From: Octopus vulgaris | Lineage: Eukaryota | Assembly (NCBI GenBank): GCA_951406725.2 | Contig: OX597826.1 | Location: 50,468,001 to 50,532,000 of the forward strand | Reading direction: 5' to 3' | Length of the DNA stretch: 64,000 nt | The notes under the pieces: model-generated | Seen by the model: only the letters and a program-made list of their open reading frames with translations | Database searches by the model: none | What the model was told of the DNA's origin: nothing | Shown here: piece by piece, positions 62,845-64,000 of the stretch | How positions within the stretch are numbered: the stretch's first letter is position 1 | Layout: each line of letters starts with the position of its first letter | Program-made: the position numbers and the translations under genes

Positions 62845-63235
62845 GATCTTAGGTTCAAAACTACCGTTTTAGCAATGAGGGACTACTCGTTTATATTAAC
62901 CCCTGCTGGCTGGCACTTTATAAGTCAAGGAAATCGTTTAAGGCGAAACCAACCTCGGCATCATGATTTAAATTAATAACAACCAATTACCAGCTCTCCA
63001 CTGGTTTTGCCAACGCCCTATTATCATTAATATTTTTAGTATTAATAATAAAAACAACTTCAGTTTTAATATGAAATATTTCTCCCGTCGTTTTAGTCGT
63101 ATATAACTTAATACCCTAACTAACCCTAACCCTAAAACATTGAAATGCAATAGATCGATATTAGGGTCATAATTATGGGTGACAATTTCATATAACACAG
63201 CTAGAAAAAACTGCCGTTCAAACCGAAAAGATCCA
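62845..63235. mobile_element. Decayed TIR-like repeat containing TAACCC units
   Basis: Ends GATCTTAGGTTCAAAAC / GTTCAAACCGAAAAGATC are roughly inverted. Internal CCCTAACTAACCCTAACCCTAA. Confidence 0.4.
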
Positions 63236-64000
63236 TTATTTCTTCTCTTTTCACTGTCAATTATTTGAATAGCTTTTATTTTGGGGCATGGCAACTCGGG
63301 TTACCACACCTTTTCAGCGATTTAGAACGAACAATTCACTGTTTAAAATAATATAGGGTAGATTTATGTAAAATGATGCTTGTTCTGTTTCTGAATGGTT
63401 TATAACGTGACCGCAGGAAAATTGACGTGCTCAACATTTATGATAAGGCAAATTTTCATATAGTTTTATTATTAGGGGAATAAATGTCATATTTAAATGA
63501 CGGTACACCATGCATAAAAATATGAAATAGTTATATAAAGTGTATTAGTTTCCCATAGCCTGGATGTGTGTGTGTGAGTGAGAGAGAGATCTTTGGTAAA
63601 GTGGTCCGTCAGCAATAGCTTGCTTAAATAGGGTGTGTTTTCTTCGACGCTTATGTGGCAAACCCGAATATTGTTGCATAAAATGTCATGTTAAATGATG
63701 ATAGTTTTAATAAGTGTTTGTAAACAATACGAAATGTGTGAAAGGGAAAGTAATAAAGCATTGTTAGCTTTTTTTTTTTTTTCAGTTGGCCTTTCAGTGA
63801 CGTCTAAACTGGAGTTAAGGAAAAGTTTTGTAGTTATTTGTCAAAGCTGGGAGACGATTGTATTGATAGACTCGGTTTTCACTGACAATTCAGTGTTAAA
63901 TCACGAGTGTATTAATTACTAACAGCCTGATTAAACAGTCAACAAGGGGCTTCCAAGTGGTCATTCAATCTGCTAGAAATAACCAAATTTCCATTAAAGT

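Noticed and set aside
63110-63135. Interstitial telomere
   Set aside because: Only about three imperfect TAACCC units, and they lie inside a dispersed repeat.

Overview
AT-rich, repeat-dense eukaryotic DNA, most likely an octopus (coleoid cephalopod) chromosome. This is inferred from CORE-like and Nin/Deu-like tRNA-derived SINEs, RTE tails ending in (ATG)n and dense (TA)n/(TG)n microsatellites. Almost all ORFs in the supplied track are spurious. Real gene signal lies in short exons. (1) The 3' end of a + strand gene with a K/E/R/S-rich C-terminus (exons 1983-11987, including a 12-nt microexon, with a poly(A) signal at 16337). (2) The first coding exon of a GAB/DOS-family PH-domain adaptor at 49010-49111 (+), whose first intron appears to run out of the window. 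(3) Tentative exons of an unidentified - strand gene between them, head-to-head with the GAB gene across a CCAAT/ETS/YY1 motif cluster near 47 kb. The rest is transposon debris: RTE, CR1, Tx1/L1 and R4/Dong LINE fragments, a Penelope-like element, mariner, maT, hAT and piggyBac-type elements. The most unusual signals are several fold-back palindromes carrying hammerhead-ribozyme cores on both strands, a SINE insertion with a locally templated 5' addition, and a 38-bp minisatellite that expanded inside a SINE. All coordinates were read by eye and repeat boundaries are approximate.
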